Source: Neoechinorhynchus agilis (lineage: Eukaryota; Animalia; Acanthocephala). From it: a stretch of 64,000 bases of DNA. The notes beneath the pieces were generated by a model. That model ran no database searches, was not told where the DNA came from, and saw only the letters and a list, made by a program, of their open reading frames with translations. Shown piece after piece: positions 11,251-24,959 of this stretch. Both the position numbers and the translations under genes were made by a program. The number at the start of each line of letters is the position of its first letter. Positions within the stretch are counted from its first letter, which is position 1. The stretch lies in contig CM121343.1 in the NCBI GenBank assembly GCA_051530055.1, positions 4,868,389-4,932,388 of the forward strand, in the 5' to 3' direction.

Positions 11251-12615
11251 TCAAACAAATCTAATATAAACTAAAAATTGAAGTGAACTTTCCTCTTCAT
11301 AGGAACCGTCATCTTTATTTAAGGTTTGTCCATCGTGACTACCGCAACAGTTGACTTCAACATTCAGTTGTCCACAATAATGAGAAATCGCATTACATTT
11401 GATTGGCTGGCTTATCAAACCACCACATGTGGAGTAACGACATTGCCGTTGCGGGGAGTGAAGACGGCTACAATCGTGATTCATTGGAAAATAAGTACAA
11501 TCGCAAGGGTATGAATCACCAACAATTGAAACACATCCATCAGTTTTGGCTTCCATAAGCTTATCTGGAGAATTGTATTTACAGTAAGAAGAATACGGAG
11601 ACGAACTACACTCTGGAAGGTACGAGGAAGGTATAAGTGGCACTGTCTGGAGAATGTAATGACTTGAATCTAAGTGTGACAACTGCGGCTGGTCAGCACT
11701 AGTCCATGTTTGGTTATATTGACTTCGGATTGGATGGATAATTTGCGGGATGGTTTTGTCTTCGTTTGTTCGATCTTCGGATGTCGATCTATCGCTATGG
11801 TACTTAACATCTAGATCAGATTTAATTAAATCCGCGTCGCATTTCAGCCATTCCATGCTGAATTGCGATAAGTCAACTTCATTATCGTTTACTTCCTTGC
11901 GTGTAGCTGTTTCCGTTAAACAAGTGGACTCTTGGATTGATTCCGAAGTTTCTACCGCCATTTTTAGATCTGTTCTTTGCTTCCCATTAGGCTTAATTAT
12001 ATCATCATCGTTTTCATCCATAAGCTCATTACAAAACAACCCTGAAGATAGATCGACATTGAAAACAAATCCATTGGATCGATTACCGAAATTCGCGGTA
12101 CCAAAGTTATCGAAGCTGTCAAAATCTTCGTCACTCATCCAGTCGAAGCGTCGTACGCATTTTTGTCTGATATAATCAAACGAACTGATACTACTTGGAT
12201 CCGAAAACCAACCATCTTCATTTCCATCATCCGACAGTTTCACGGCTACATGTCGCACAGCTGCCCTGCTTCTCCTTCTCCTCAATCTCCGTTGCTCCAC
12301 GTTCACGACGAGAAATGCGTCCAAATCATAAAAATCGTTCACACAGGAGATTGTATGTGCATGACGTAATTGCTGTGAATCCACTTCGTAAGGACGATGA
12401 TGATTAAATCCACGATTGGCTTTTAACTTTACAAGTCTCGCTCTTTCAGCCTTTTCTAGTTCAGAAAGTCTAGTTAGCAAAGCCAACGAGCTAAGATTGC
12501 CTTCGAACTCCGATGTTATTTTATCCATATCATGGCGATCGCTGCAACTTGCAGCCAATGACTCGGTGGCGGCGGCGGCGGTGGTGGTGGTGGTGGTGGT
12601 CACCATGAACGGCAA
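11251..12615 (-). CDS. Large low-complexity exon, probably the upstream part of the PHLDB gene
   Basis: 454-codon open frame with a short coiled segment (LLTRLSELEKAERARL) and acidic/Ser-rich disorder; same strand and directly upstream of the PHLDB exons. No family motif recognised. Confidence 0.55.
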   Translation of the reverse strand: MPFMVTTTTTTTAAAATESLAASCSDRHDMDKITSEFEGNLSSLALLTRLSELEKAERARLVKLKANRGFNHHRPYEVDSQQLRHAHTISCVNDFYDLDAFLVVNVEQRRLRRRRSRAAVRHVAVKLSDDGNEDGWFSDPSSISSFDYIRQKCVRRFDWMSDEDFDSFDNFGTANFGNRSNGFVFNVDLSSGLFCNELMDENDDDIIKPNGKQRTDLKMAVETSESIQESTCLTETATRKEVNDNEVDLSQFSMEWLKCDADLIKSDLDVKYHSDRSTSEDRTNEDKTIPQIIHPIRSQYNQTWTSADQPQLSHLDSSHYILQTVPLIPSSYLPECSSSPYSSYCKYNSPDKLMEAKTDGCVSIVGDSYPCDCTYFPMNHDCSRLHSPQRQCRYSTCGGLISQPIKCNAISHYCGQLNVEVNCCGSHDGQTLNKDDGSYEEESSLQFLVYIRFV

Positions 12616-15600
12616 ATCGGTTTCGCTCGCTACGTTAAGCCCTGTAAAGTCTAAAAAAGCCCTGTAGAGATCAGTGGTTCATTGAAGTATGTGGGTAGCA
12701 AGCGCCATCTTCACTAAGACGAACTACTGTCGTCCGGCTGACTTTGTGTGTTTGGGCGTAATTTGCCGCGGCGGTGGTGGTGGTGTTGGTGGACCATGAG
12801 GGCATTGGCGCCGTCAGGTGTATGCCAATGATGTTATTATATTACCGCATACGTAAACACATAGTCGATACAATTAATGAAGTCATGCACGAGACGACGG
12901 AAACTATTATCCCAAAGATCAGAAGGCCACGAAGCAACTCGTTGGTGTCATACGAACGCCAGTGAGCGGCCGGTTGGCCTAAAACTGTATCCGCTTTGTG
13001 CGACTGACGCACCAATCGCTCTCCCAATTCGATTTGTAGGAAAAGGTCGTGAGTAGTTGAGGCGATGTGGTATTGTCACTTCGGGTGAAGGCAAAAAGCG
13101 ACGTTACATTGTCTCTTTCTCTCTGTTGCGACACCTTACACGCACAAACGAGCACAAAGTGGGTCTAGGGGGTGAAATCCCGAACCCATTTAGCAAAACA
13201 AAAAAGGAAACAACAATCTTGTGCCTTTTTGACAATGGCACTTGGTATCTGATGCCATAATACATAATTTACACGGTGAAATTTCGTTTTCAAGAATATC
13301 CCGTCTTAAATGAATACTCAATTTAACTCTCCTTGTTTTAAAGAAAAAGGAAGTGTTTTTGTTTAATTCAGTTGCCGTTAGGCTACGTACTGCCCCGTGC
13401 GGTTAATACCAGAAATTTAATTCAATCTCGCCGCAATGGCAAATTTTGTGGCTTTAGGAAACCTCGAGGTTTATATTTAAAATCCTTCTTCTATTTCGGC
13501 AATATTCAATTAGGAATATGAAGACTATTCATTTCTATTCTAAGGTGCCTCGGTTAGACAATTGTGATCGTCAGAATGAAATTCACACGTTGACGATTTA
13601 ATAGGCCTAGACACCAGTGATTAGCATTCTTGGCGGTTAAATCATCATATGATTATACTCCTGGGGAATCGACCTTCAACATCGCTGCTTCTTCGCTCAG
13701 GTTGTTACTAGAGCAGTAAAGGTATTTCTACGGTCTGACAGCTGTCATAGCTAACCATTTCTGATGTGATAGGGATAATCTCCTCCTGCTCGTGAGCTGA
13801 CACTGATTAGACCCTGAGGAAAATGCCATTTGTAATAAACCGGTCGGTTTCTTTATATGCTCAAAGCAGTAACTAGGAATAAAACTAATCGAAAGTGATA
13901 CAACACTGTAAATATTTATTAACTTAAAACGCTGGTCTATCTCTTCAGATTGCAAAAAATCAAATTTGTTGGTGCAAAATTCTTTATCTAATCATAATAA
14001 GTAATCCGAAAAATAATGTTTCCCCTGTTATCAACATTTCCCAATGGTCATTTCGCTTAATTTTGAGCTTATTTAATAAAGATAGAAAAATTAGAACCTG
14101 GTTAGTTTGGCATTGGTAAAGATAAAAAACGGTTTACAAAAAGGCATTTAACTCAATTGTTGGATGAATTATTTTCACATTCGAGAGAAATTAGGAATTT
14201 TGTAAGAATGTTAAAGATTGTGCGATTTGCCGTTCACGATAAATTGGTTCTTAGTGGATGCAAAGAATTACGACGTGATCAAGGGAACTTCGAAATTATT
14301 AAGCGCGATTGATTTTGCGTGGAGGTCACTCGACTGATTACAGTGACTCAACAGATTCGTGAATTCATCAGCCATTCCTAAAATGATGTTTTTTCATTAG
14401 CTCACCTCTATCCCCTACTTAGTAGATCAAGTTACTCATAGACATGAAGCAAGAGTGCACGAGATTTCCATCCCGGGGAGAGGTAAAAGAATGAGGTATC
14501 TCTCGGCACGTGCTTGGCAGCCATACGATAGTAGGAATCAAGTGTGGTCCACTGAAAAACTATAAAGACCATTTCGACTTTTAAGGGAAGTGATTAGTGT
14601 TGAAGCCTTGCAGAGTAGCCATCTTCTGATTGTGAGCAAACTCAACACTTATCGTTCGTCGCGGTATAGTCATTGCCCTGTAGTACAGCGATCGAGCACA
14701 GGCGTCATTTGTTCACAGAGAAGATTTCAACGGTGAATGATTCTGAATAAAAGTAAGTAAAATGGTATGGCTTTTTAAATATTAACCGACAATTATGACC
14801 AGAAGACAGACCCAAAGTTGGACGTTTACTTTTTCAAGTTTACGTGGTGCATTCAACTCTTCTTTTTGATCGCCTCTTAAGTAATATAAAGAAATTAAGA
14901 CCGGGGTCACATGAGCGTTATTGCTAGTAAATGGTTTTGAGAAACTATGATAATAAGAATTAATTTCGCACGCTGCTGAAAACTATAAACCACGAAGGAT
15001 GCAGAATGGTTAATAGCAAAAGAGAAAACGTTACTTATTGATGACTCCAAGTAGAATACATTCTGAACTGTATAGATATATCTTCTTCGAATATCCCGAG
15101 GTTAATTTCCACAATGCTTTTAAGACGTGGAATCACAGAATCTTATAATAAGATCATCTGGTCGATAACTCTAAACACGAAATTGATAACAGAATGCGAC
15201 GTGTCGATAGCGGTTTTGATCGCTAACCGAGACCAGGCTTCTATTAAAATGTTACCAAATTTGTAAGGATCTGACGCATTACCTGCGTTTCATCAATCAA
15301 ACCAATTCATATTATAGAAAAGTTAATCGAAAGTGTCATCCTTATCCTTACCACGAGAAGAAATATTATACTGAAGCTTTAAATATTATTCCAGCTAAGA
15401 ATTCAATAGGAACCGTGGAAACTTTGCGGACGATGGTGAAAAACGATTACTGACTTATATGTCTCATGTATACAAGGATCATTAACCTACATCTAAATCG
15501 AATGCTCCATTAAATTCAATGGTTTAAATTTCACATAGCAAATATGTTGCCTGGGCCGAAGAACTACACAATGAACCTTTATCAACGAGGTAGAACGATG

Positions 15601-18414
15601 TGAGACGAAATGACACCGGAAATCGAGATGCCGAGTGTTGACATGTGAGACCCACAAGGTATCACAATGCTATATATTCAATCAACGGTGACTTTTAACA
15701 ATAAATCGAACAATATTGGACTTCATAGTTATTGTCTTATGAACATTCGCCAATGTACAAATGGTTTTACAAATGCTCATAAGTTTTGTCCAAGGTGATC
15801 TTTTTTGGCGTTCACAGAGGTGTCCAAAACTAAATAACAATTCTTATAAGAGATGTGTGTTCATCAATCCAATGCAACAGCCTCGCTACAATTCTCGTCG
15901 ATTACATTCATTACCGTGCCTTCGGAAAATGGGACCTTCTTTATTCAACGAATCAATAAACCATCTAAGTGTTCCTTTGATCACATTTGGAACTTGTTTA
16001 GGTTCATAAGATTATGCCCACAATTTAGATAATGTTGTTTAAACTCATTCGTTTTGTCCCTTAGCTCAATAATCAGTTTTAACGATCTTGCAGTAATGAT
16101 AAATCCTATAAACGCTCCGTATATTCAACTGTGTTCATATTTCTACTGACGATTCACCATAATTGGCCAATTTTCTTCGCTTTGTGTATCGACTGTTAAT
16201 TGCTGTTTGTTTCAGCGAAACACGCTCGAGGATATTCTCTGCAGATTTGCTATTAAAACATTTTGCTCGGAGTAAATTGTTTGGATAGGAACCGGCGATA
16301 ATACCGTTGCTCAAAACTATTACATTTTCAAATAAAAATCTTAAAACTCACATTCAACGTTCGATGTAAAATATTTTACGTTATGCAATATTAACGGCAT
16401 GAAAAACAGTCCTACAGGCCGTCGAACTAAATTTACAAGTAGTTGGAATAATAAAGACTGCAAGCAACATTTTTAGCACTCCAAAGGGTTTGAAAACTTA
16501 AAGCAATTAAATTGCGGTACGGTTAAGCACATTTTGAATAAGGAACCAAGGATCTAGGGCAAAAAGTCGTTCATATAGATTTCTCCCTCATTTGTAAATA
16601 AAATATGCAACCAGGTATCAGCGGTCTATGGAATAAGGACTCAAGGTTACGATGTAGATGCGAAAATTGCTGCATCAAAGAGATCCACCCATGTTCAGCG
16701 CTAAATAAAAGTAGAACTTAATTATTGATGCATATTTAGAACTGAAATACTATCATTGCTTTGCTGAATACTCTGAATAAACATCTTATCGTTTCTCCGA
16801 ACGATGTAGAGTGCATTGCTAGTACATGCGATTGGAGCGTAAAAATTGCCTAATAGATTAATGCCCAAGTATGTTCCCTTCAAAGGAGTACTAGCATCTC
16901 TTGCACACTTATTTTTTTACCGCCGGTAGCAAAAAGTTCAACGGCTTTTAAGTGCTCACTCATCTAAATGCTAAAACTAGAGAGTATACAGAGAGCGTTC
17001 CTAGTTTTTGAATTTTTCAATCTTCAAACATAATTCAAATTTTATATGTTATGATTCAAACAAACAAAATTTAGAAATACAAGAACGAATTCTATAAACC
17101 GCCTACATTTGAATCAGCCTTGCTTTGATACTCAATAAGATCGATGATGTGCGTAGAAATCGAAAACCAAAGTTGATATTTATTGGTTTAAAAATGCCAT
17201 CACGACATATTTGAATCTAGAATCAATATGGCTATTGAACGATAGTACATAGTGCCTTTGGGAGTGCTCTCGTGGAGTTAAAATGGACCAGAACGAGACT
17301 GCGAACAGAAATTATGTAGCTTTTTAATACAGTGTAAATTCATGCAACAAGTTTCAACTACCACTTGCACACTTCTGAGAGAAGAGTGCTAAATGTTACT
17401 TACCGCATAACAAAAATGGAACTTTTGTCCCCTAAACCTTTTGATTTCAGTTGTTAGCTAAATAATTATCGTTTCTCACTTCTTCTATAGTATAAATTCG
17501 CATAAAGATTTTCTGAAATCCCTTTTTAAAAGACGCTGTCATTGATTTGACTTCGATGCATCTTGAAAGACTTTAATTACTTCCAGAAGACGTTTGAAAA
17601 ATGTTTGACGTTGAGTACTCCCATGAGTGCATTTATTTTCTCTAAGGGATTATTTAAATTACATGGTTTTATGTCCTTTTAGTATAGAATGTTCGCCATT
17701 GAACTGCAACAAATAATAGGCAAGTATACAAGCAATTATTTCAAAAAGGATAGTTGACTGCAATGTGCGTGTACGGCATAAGGGATAATCGTTACTATTA
17801 CTTTATCCCTCTTTTATACATTTACCCAATGGCCTGCATAGATAGCACAACGATCGATTGTAGGCAGTCGAGGAGCAGCAGGGTGTACCCTTTTTAGGAT
17901 TCAGATGTAAACCCTGCGATAATGCATAAATTTTCACGTAAGTTATTTATTGGAGAAATAAGGTCCCATTAAATAATGCCTCCAGCAGTGACAGGTTAAT
18001 TTGAGATCCTTTGATGAATAAGCTGGCAAAACAATGTGAGGATATAGTTAGGGCGCTGAGAAGTAGCTTACCATTGCGTCCATAATCAAGAGCATTGGTA
18101 TTTTCCCACTTTTGAGAACAGTATATCGTGATTATAGCGGATACCTGCTGCTGCTACTGCTTGGGTCGCGAATGATATTATGACTCGATAAGTAGAAACA
18201 ATCGCAGGCAATAACAGTGATTAGGTTGATTATAAAAGGCTGCAGGCAAATGCTCGATTCCTCTATGTCTCTTGCACTTCGTTTTGCAATTTTGTTTTGA
18301 CAACGAATGTACCGCCACTTGTGGGGGCTTTTTTGCCGGTAGAAGTTTTTCAGGCTGGATTCCATTTTAAAAGTATTTTTCATCTTCTATATGGATTGTT
18401 TCGACATTTTTTAG

Positions 18415-19469
18415 AGAAGGAATGATAATCCTATATGTCAATTTATTACTGAAGTTGATCGGGATACTTGTAAGTGAAATCTTTCCATATTCATTGGCTT
18501 CTCAGTTGACTTTTGACTAACTAATTTCAGCATGCCCTTCCACCAGATGAAATTTTTATTGAGTATGAAAACGGTTACACAGAAGTGGAATCAAACGGAC
18601 CAATAGCAAGTATGATATCGAGACCGTCTTTTCACTTTATCGTAGCTCCCTTTAAAAAGGATCATGCGATGATTTAATTTGCGATGAGGGAGAATTTTGT
18701 GATATCAATGACGACGGTGAAGCCAATTGTCATTGTATTCAGGATTGCATTGATGTTAATGATGAGAGACAAAAGGTTCAATTTTTAATGGTTAACATTT
18801 AAATCGCAAAATCAAAAGATATTTAGATTTGTACAAAAAGAAATGTGACCTATCTGTCCGATTGTGAACTGCATATGAAGCAATGTAATTGCAGACAAGG
18901 CAACCTTAACTGCCAAGAAGATGAGATAATCGACCAGATCAGTTATTACGGCAGTTGCAGGCGTATCTACGAAAGGCAAGCCCCCTCCATAGTACCAAAA
19001 GATTAACTTTAGATATCCCGGATTGCATCGACGACAATCTAGATGTATTTAAATTGCGCATAAACAAGTGGATACGCGTATCAGTCACTCCCTGGGTTTG
19101 TTCTATAATAGTGTAAAAGCAGGCTAATCACTGAGTTCTTAAAGATTGAAAATATGGCACGAAAAAAGAATCCCGGCGTTCTAAATGCAAATTTAACTAG
19201 TTCACACAATGCCGCTCTCACTCACTTTTGCCTACTTGATAGGGATAACAACCAGTACAATGCTCTAAGCTAAATTTGTACCCGTTTCTAGAATTGCACC
19301 TAGGATACTGGACAAACATGAACTTGACAAGTTTGCCGCTACTTTGCTTTGGAATGAGCCGTGTATAGTAAAGTTCCTTAACGGCTGTGACACCGATGGC
19401 GATCAAAATGTTGACAAAATCGAGTGGATGTACTGTAGTGGGTTTTACGAAGAAGGAGGTTCAAACTAA
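18415..19469 (+). CDS. SPARC: SPARC/osteonectin homologue, multi-exon; signal-peptide exon unresolved
   Basis: Manual splicing gives an acidic segment, a follistatin/Kazal domain (SCDDLICDEGEFC...ANCHCIQDC...ICTKRNVTYLSDCELHMKQCNC...ISYYGSC) and an EC domain (IPDC...FKLRINKW; HFCLLD; EPCIVKFLNGCDTDGDQNVDKIEWMYC). Stop TAA at 19467-19469. Confidence 0.85.
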
Positions 19470-20278
19470 TCTCTCTGAATTCAAAAACGATCCTTCATTT
19501 GTAGATATCGACACCTTACTTGAGCATATTTGTGACGAATAATCTCAATAAGGATGCATGCTCGTCTAATTAACACAAAATAAAACTATTTTACATATTG
19601 AAAATCAAAATAAATTCCTTTGCGGTGTGCGAGGAAGTTCTATCTTGCATTATTATATCAGTTGTCGAATACGGCGATCGTTAAGACCATCAAAATTAAA
19701 TACAGTAGAACGTCGTTTATCCGAATTAATTGGGACCGGACACCATTCAGATACGAATGTTTTCGGATAACCGAAAACCCTATGTGCTGTATCCAGTTTT
19801 TAAAGCTAGACTACAGATATCAAAGTTCTCAACATGCAGGAGGAGTGGTTCAAAAAGCAAAATTAGCGTAGAATAATATAATTTTAGCTTTATTTTTGAA
19901 AAAATCACTTATTTTTTCTTGTACCATTGGACACCTTCGTATCCTTGTCGCAAGATTACTAAGTTGTTAAACTCTTGAATTCATTCTAATTTAATTATCA
20001 ACATATCTGATAATTGCGAAAAATTAGAAAAATCGACTTTGATACATTAAGCAAGTGATTTTTTGAAGACAACTTAATAAATCTTGAATTTAAAGGGCAA
20101 AGATGTCCAACAAGTTAATACCGGAATTAAAAAGTAGATTTTTTGAGCACACAGAAATGTAAACTTGAGATCAAAACTTAAAATCAGAAATATTCACAAC
20201 ACAATGTACAAATTTTTCCAAACCAAATACTCTTCTCGGTTCAATTAAGTTGAAAAAACTTGCAAACAATCCGTGAGT

Positions 20279-23160
20279 CCTCAGTAATGGAGGCAGATCT
20301 CTTCCCTCAGCCCACTTCGCTTCGATTTCGACTCGCTGTACTGTATGCGATCGCGTCATAGGCGTGACGATAAGTGGGCTCATTCGAAAACATGGCCCGG
20401 TACGATCTCGATGCCCTGGATCTTCCCTTCCACCAGTGTTGGACAAACCTTTTATCATCGACAGTCTCGAAACTCAAAATGTGATGAAGCGCCTCTTACA
20501 ATATCTTCCAAAAACGGTCTTGAAGAGGATTCCAAAAGGAGCCAGGAATGGCTGCTGTGAAATGTTCTCGAAGCTGCTGGCAAACTGCCTATCTGAACCG
20601 ACGAATACAAACTATTCACGTTTATTCGCCTTTCCAAAATTGGTTCTGAGTACTAGCCGTGACCCCGAGTCCAACCTCACGACCACCATCAAGCAGCGGA
20701 TAACCAATTTTGATCGACTTTTTGAGGAGGCTGTGACGAAAAGTTACAATAATCAAACTCTTGCCAAGAAACGTCCAGAAGGACCCTTCGGCCGTCCTTA
20801 TAATTTGAGTAATAGGATTTCTGCCAAATTGGCAGACGCAGATGTCCGTGGAGCGGTCAGGTTACTCAGTTCCACAGCTACGTTTGCGGACAACGACCGC
20901 TCGACACTGGAGGCGTTGAGAAGTAAGCATCCTTCAGCTTTGCCACCGATTTTGCCCCCGATACCGGAAAAGTCGCGTCAATCGACGAGGTGCACGCGGG
21001 AGGAACTTAGATGTGCTGTATCCTCGTTCCCCAATGGGTCGGGACATGGACCCGACGGACTTCGACCCCAACACATCAAGGATATGTTGGGATTTGGAAC
21101 GGGAGTGATGGGAATGAAGCTCGAAACCGAACTCGTTAATGTGGTCGACGAAATCATAAATGGACCTCTCCCACTTGAAGCAACGAATTTTCTATTCTCG
21201 GCATCTCTTTGCGCCCTTTCCAAACCAAACGGAGATATTCGTCCGATAGCTGTGGGCTGCACTCTAAGACGTTTGGCAGGGAAGATTTTGTGTAAGCGAC
21301 TGAGCGAAAGGGTAAGTGAGCAACTCAGACCTTTTCAGTTGGGCTGCTGTACTCCATGTGGAGCAGAAGCGATAGTGCACTCCACACGTACCTATATCGA
21401 CGCCTCTGCCACCCCAACGGTTGTCCTAAAAGTCGATTTTTCGAACGCCTTTACAGTCGATCGAACAGCCTTGCTAAGTACCATTGCTCGAGAATTACCT
21501 GAAGCCTATGAATACTTTGTGAAGGCGTATGGTTCTAAGACACCTCTACATTTCAACGAGCACACCATTTGGTCCGAAACAGGCCTGCAACAAGGCGATC
21601 CTCTCGGCCCCATAGGATTTTCCTTGACAACCAATGGAATATCTCGTAAGCTCAAGGCAAGTTTGAACGTCTGGTACTTGGATGACGCGACATTGGGCGG
21701 TGACCCAAAGACGGTTCTAGAAGACCTGCAATCCCTGCTTGTTTCTGCTGCGGAATTGGGCCTACGTGTCAACCCCGCGAAGTGTGAACTATTGCCACTA
21801 AATATTTCACATTCTCGCATGGCGGATATAATGCAGTCCTTCGAATCCGTTGCCCCAGGAATCCGATTAATCAACCGGCAAAGCTTCACTCTTCTCGGCA
21901 GTTGCGTCCTGGATGCGAACATAGATCGCGAGATTGAAGAAGAGCTCCCTAAACTGGATCTTTTGTGCTCCCGTGTTCAAGAATTGAATGCACACGAAGC
22001 TCTCTTCTTGGTGAGAAACTGCCTATACATACCGAAGCTTATGTTCAAGATGAGAGCAGCCCCGTACTTCCGACACACCAAACGTCTCCTTGACTTAGAT
22101 GGTTTGATGAAAAAGCATCTTGAGAAGGTAACGAACTGCGCCATCACTGATGAAGCTTGGCAACAAGCTGCCCTTCCGATCAAATACGGAGGTTTAGGCT
22201 TACGAAGTGTGGCTGGTTTGGCCCTTCCGGCATTCGTATCCTCGATGCACAAGACGGAGGAATTACAGGGGGAAATTCTTTTAAACAGAATGCTGAAGCC
22301 ATGCAAACTATTGAAACAGGGAGTCACATCATGGCTCTCGCAGACCGGTCTGCAACAAGCTCCAACCAACGCGCACGAACAATCTGCTTGGGATAACCCC
22401 TTAATCCTGACGGCTCACAACAAACTAAAAGGCCAGATGGACGAGATGTCTCAAGCTAGACTTGTGGCCAGTTTCTCGAATGAGTCAGGCGCATGGTTGA
22501 ACGTTTTGCCAATTGGTACTTTGGGAACTTTGCTGGACGACGAGACAGTTCGAATAGCCGTTGCTCTACGTTTAGGACTTCCAACCTGTGCCCCACACCA
22601 GTGCCGATGTGGAATAAAAGTTGACGTGCTCGGGAGACATGGACTCTACTGCAAGAGATCGAGCGGTCGTTTCCCAAGGCACGCAGAGCTCAACGCGATC
22701 ATTAGCAGAGCTCTGAACTCGATACACGTTCCAACCATCCTGGAGCCCAATCACCTCTGTCGCTCGGATGGTAAGCGTCCCGACGGTATAACCGTTTTCC
22801 CTTGGAAAGAAGGGAAGAGTCTAATTTGGGACGCAACATGCGTGGACTCACTCGCCATGTCCAACCGGCAAGATGCTTTAGCGGAGACGGGAGGAGCAGC
22901 GAGTGCCGCCGAAAGGAGGAAAGCGGAGAAATACAATGAGCTCAAACAAAATTACATTTTCCTTCCTTTCGGCGTGGAAACACGAGGGGCGCTGTTATCT
23001 TCGGCACGAAGCTTTTGTGCCGAACTCGGACGACGACTTGCAGCACAAACAGGGGAGCGACGCGAGAGGATTTTCCTGATACAAAAAATAAGCCTCGCAA
23101 TCCAACGAGGAAATGCGGTCAGCGTCCGGGGGACGATTTAATCATTTTAAAATAAAATAT
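20279..23160 (+). mobile_element. Near full-length CRE-clade non-LTR retrotransposon; single ORF with Zn finger, RT, CCHC and RLE
   Basis: Open frame 20364-23141, extending upstream to CTVC...KHGP..RCPGS. RT motifs GPDG, IRPIAVG, LQQGDPLGP, WYLDD; CCHC (CRCG..VD.LGRHGLYC); RLE RPDG..PWKEGKSLIWDATCVD; terminal QRGNA. Confidence 0.92.
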
Positions 23161-23164
23161 TCTG

Positions 23165-23315
23165 TAGTAAAAAAAATTAATCCAAAGGCAAGAGCTTTTT
23201 TCCAGCAAAACATAAATCTGGCTATGCAACGGGGGAACGCTGCATCCGTCCTTTCGGCCATTACAACACCAAGACGGCAGTTGAGTGATCCAGAAAGGCG
23301 GTGGCGTGAATATAA
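23165..23315 (+). mobile_element. 3' stub of a second CRE-type element directly behind the full-length copy
   Basis: FFQQNINLAMQRGNAASVLS; near-identical to 6195-6300. Confidence 0.8.
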
Positions 23316-23451
23316 TGCGAATAGGTGTTAAATTAGTAAAAAAATGCAAGTCTATGAAAAAAATTAAATATGTATTAAAAATAAGTATATTTTGATGTTC
23401 AATATGCAACTTCAACTTCTCAGTTTTTGATCTTTCAGTTGCTGTTCTGAG

Positions 23452-23520
23452 GTAATGGTCGAAAGCACCGTTGCAGCGTTTCCCCGTTGCACAGTCAAGC
23501 TTCAGAAATTTGTCCCAGTC
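23452..23520 (-). mobile_element. Short CRE-type 3' stub, opposite orientation
   Basis: The minus strand reads ACTGTGCAACGGGGAAACGCTGCAACGGTGCTTTCGACCATTAC (TVQRGNAATVLSTI). Confidence 0.65.
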
Positions 23521-24400
23521 TCTTTAACGATGATTTATTGACTACTCAAGGTAAAGTATAAGAAAATAAAATTTGATAAACAATCGAAGCAAATGTTCAT
23601 ATTTGGACACTCACCAAAAGGACTTATAAAGTACAAGATTTAGCTGCCCATCCCATAAATCTACATAATTGACCGAATTAGCGATTTTTTTGCAGTGAAT
23701 ATGCGCACAATATCCCTTATTTACGGCAATGATATTTCGAGCAGATTTTTCTTCAAGCACATAAATCGTTTAGACCAGGTTTTAGAGCACTTCTTCGACC
23801 TTTACCTAAAGATGGAAGGAATTTGTACAAGTACAAGAATGAAAGCGACTTGATCGAGCTGGATTCCTTCAGAGGACTGCCTAGGAAATTCTTTTGCTTT
23901 GAGGTCAGCAATAGACTGTGTTGACTATGCTTAATGGTTAATCCAAAAGAAACAATTTCAGTCAAATGCAAGTCCACTGTCAATGGCATCCTCAAATAAA
24001 AATCAATTGAATTTTGGCTTCGTAGGTAAAAGTAGGCGAACACTTTAATACCGATTAAAGATCAAAACGGAAATATTTGATCGTGGTAATTTAAGAAATT
24101 ATCAGCCTTACAAAATAATGTTAGTTGGAAAAGTTTAAAAAAGTCATTTGGTCAACGTATTGCACTTTTGATCATCATCAACAGAGAAAATCATTCGGGA
24201 TAATCAAATTTGAATTGTAATGAGCATACTCTCGGGCATGATATTTCAAATAAAATATATCATACCCGAAAGTATGCTCACCATAATTCTAGTTACAGTT
24301 TCAGTTGAACTAATTGTCATAGAATCGATAACCACCAAATCAATACACTTCGCTTAATTTATTCTTGCGATCACAGCGGCTTACTCCTTATCCCATAAAT

Positions 24401-24930
24401 AATAACACGTTTTGTTGTTCAAAGGAACCACGCACCCCGGATTCTCTTGAACACTCCAGTTCTGATGGGTTCCTTGAACGTGGTTATTTATTTTGGAGTG
24501 TGGATGACGGTTTCGATGAGGTGGGAATAGGAGAGTTTGTGAGGTTGGATCTTTCCTCTCTCTCATGAACACTCGAACAATATGATAGGTTCAATGAATG
24601 TGGCTGTTTATTTTAATTATTGATGGAAGGCATCTTTGTTGCGTACTCGCATTGTTATAGATTTTTTTTGCTAAAACGTTCCCGACTACGATGTTTTTAT
24701 TTTGTCCGAATTTTCGCCGCTTCACGGCTTCTTCGGGGACTCTCCCTCACTCTGAAAGGTCAGAAAATGGATAAAGTGTCGGACAACTCATCCTTCCGAT
24801 TAAGTAACCCATCAGTTCGGTCGAATGGGAAAGTTGGTGATTATTCGCTTCTCGGGTCTTTTTTCTCAGTTGTAGTTTTTCCTCAGGTTCATACCTAGAA
24901 CTGGAAGAATACGGGAATTTTATGAACACT
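24401..24930. repeat. Diverged copy of the core/spacer repeat family
   Basis: Left box AATAACACGTTTTGTTGTTCAAAG; core GAACACTCGAACAATATGATAGGTTCAATGAATGTGGCTGTTTATTTT at 24567; right part similar to 49870-49945. Confidence 0.75.
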
Positions 24931-24959
24931 TACCAGCAATTGAGAAAGTTTAACATTTT

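Noticed and set aside
12561-12605. (GGC/GGT)n microsatellite as a G-quadruplex or regulatory element
   Set aside because: It is explained as the codons for the poly-Thr/poly-Ala run of the minus-strand ORF.
20100-20290. Spliced-leader RNA gene or HDV/hammerhead ribozyme at the CRE 5' flank
   Set aside because: No SL-like sequence, Sm site, CUGANGA/GAAA core or convincing nested pseudoknot could be found by eye.
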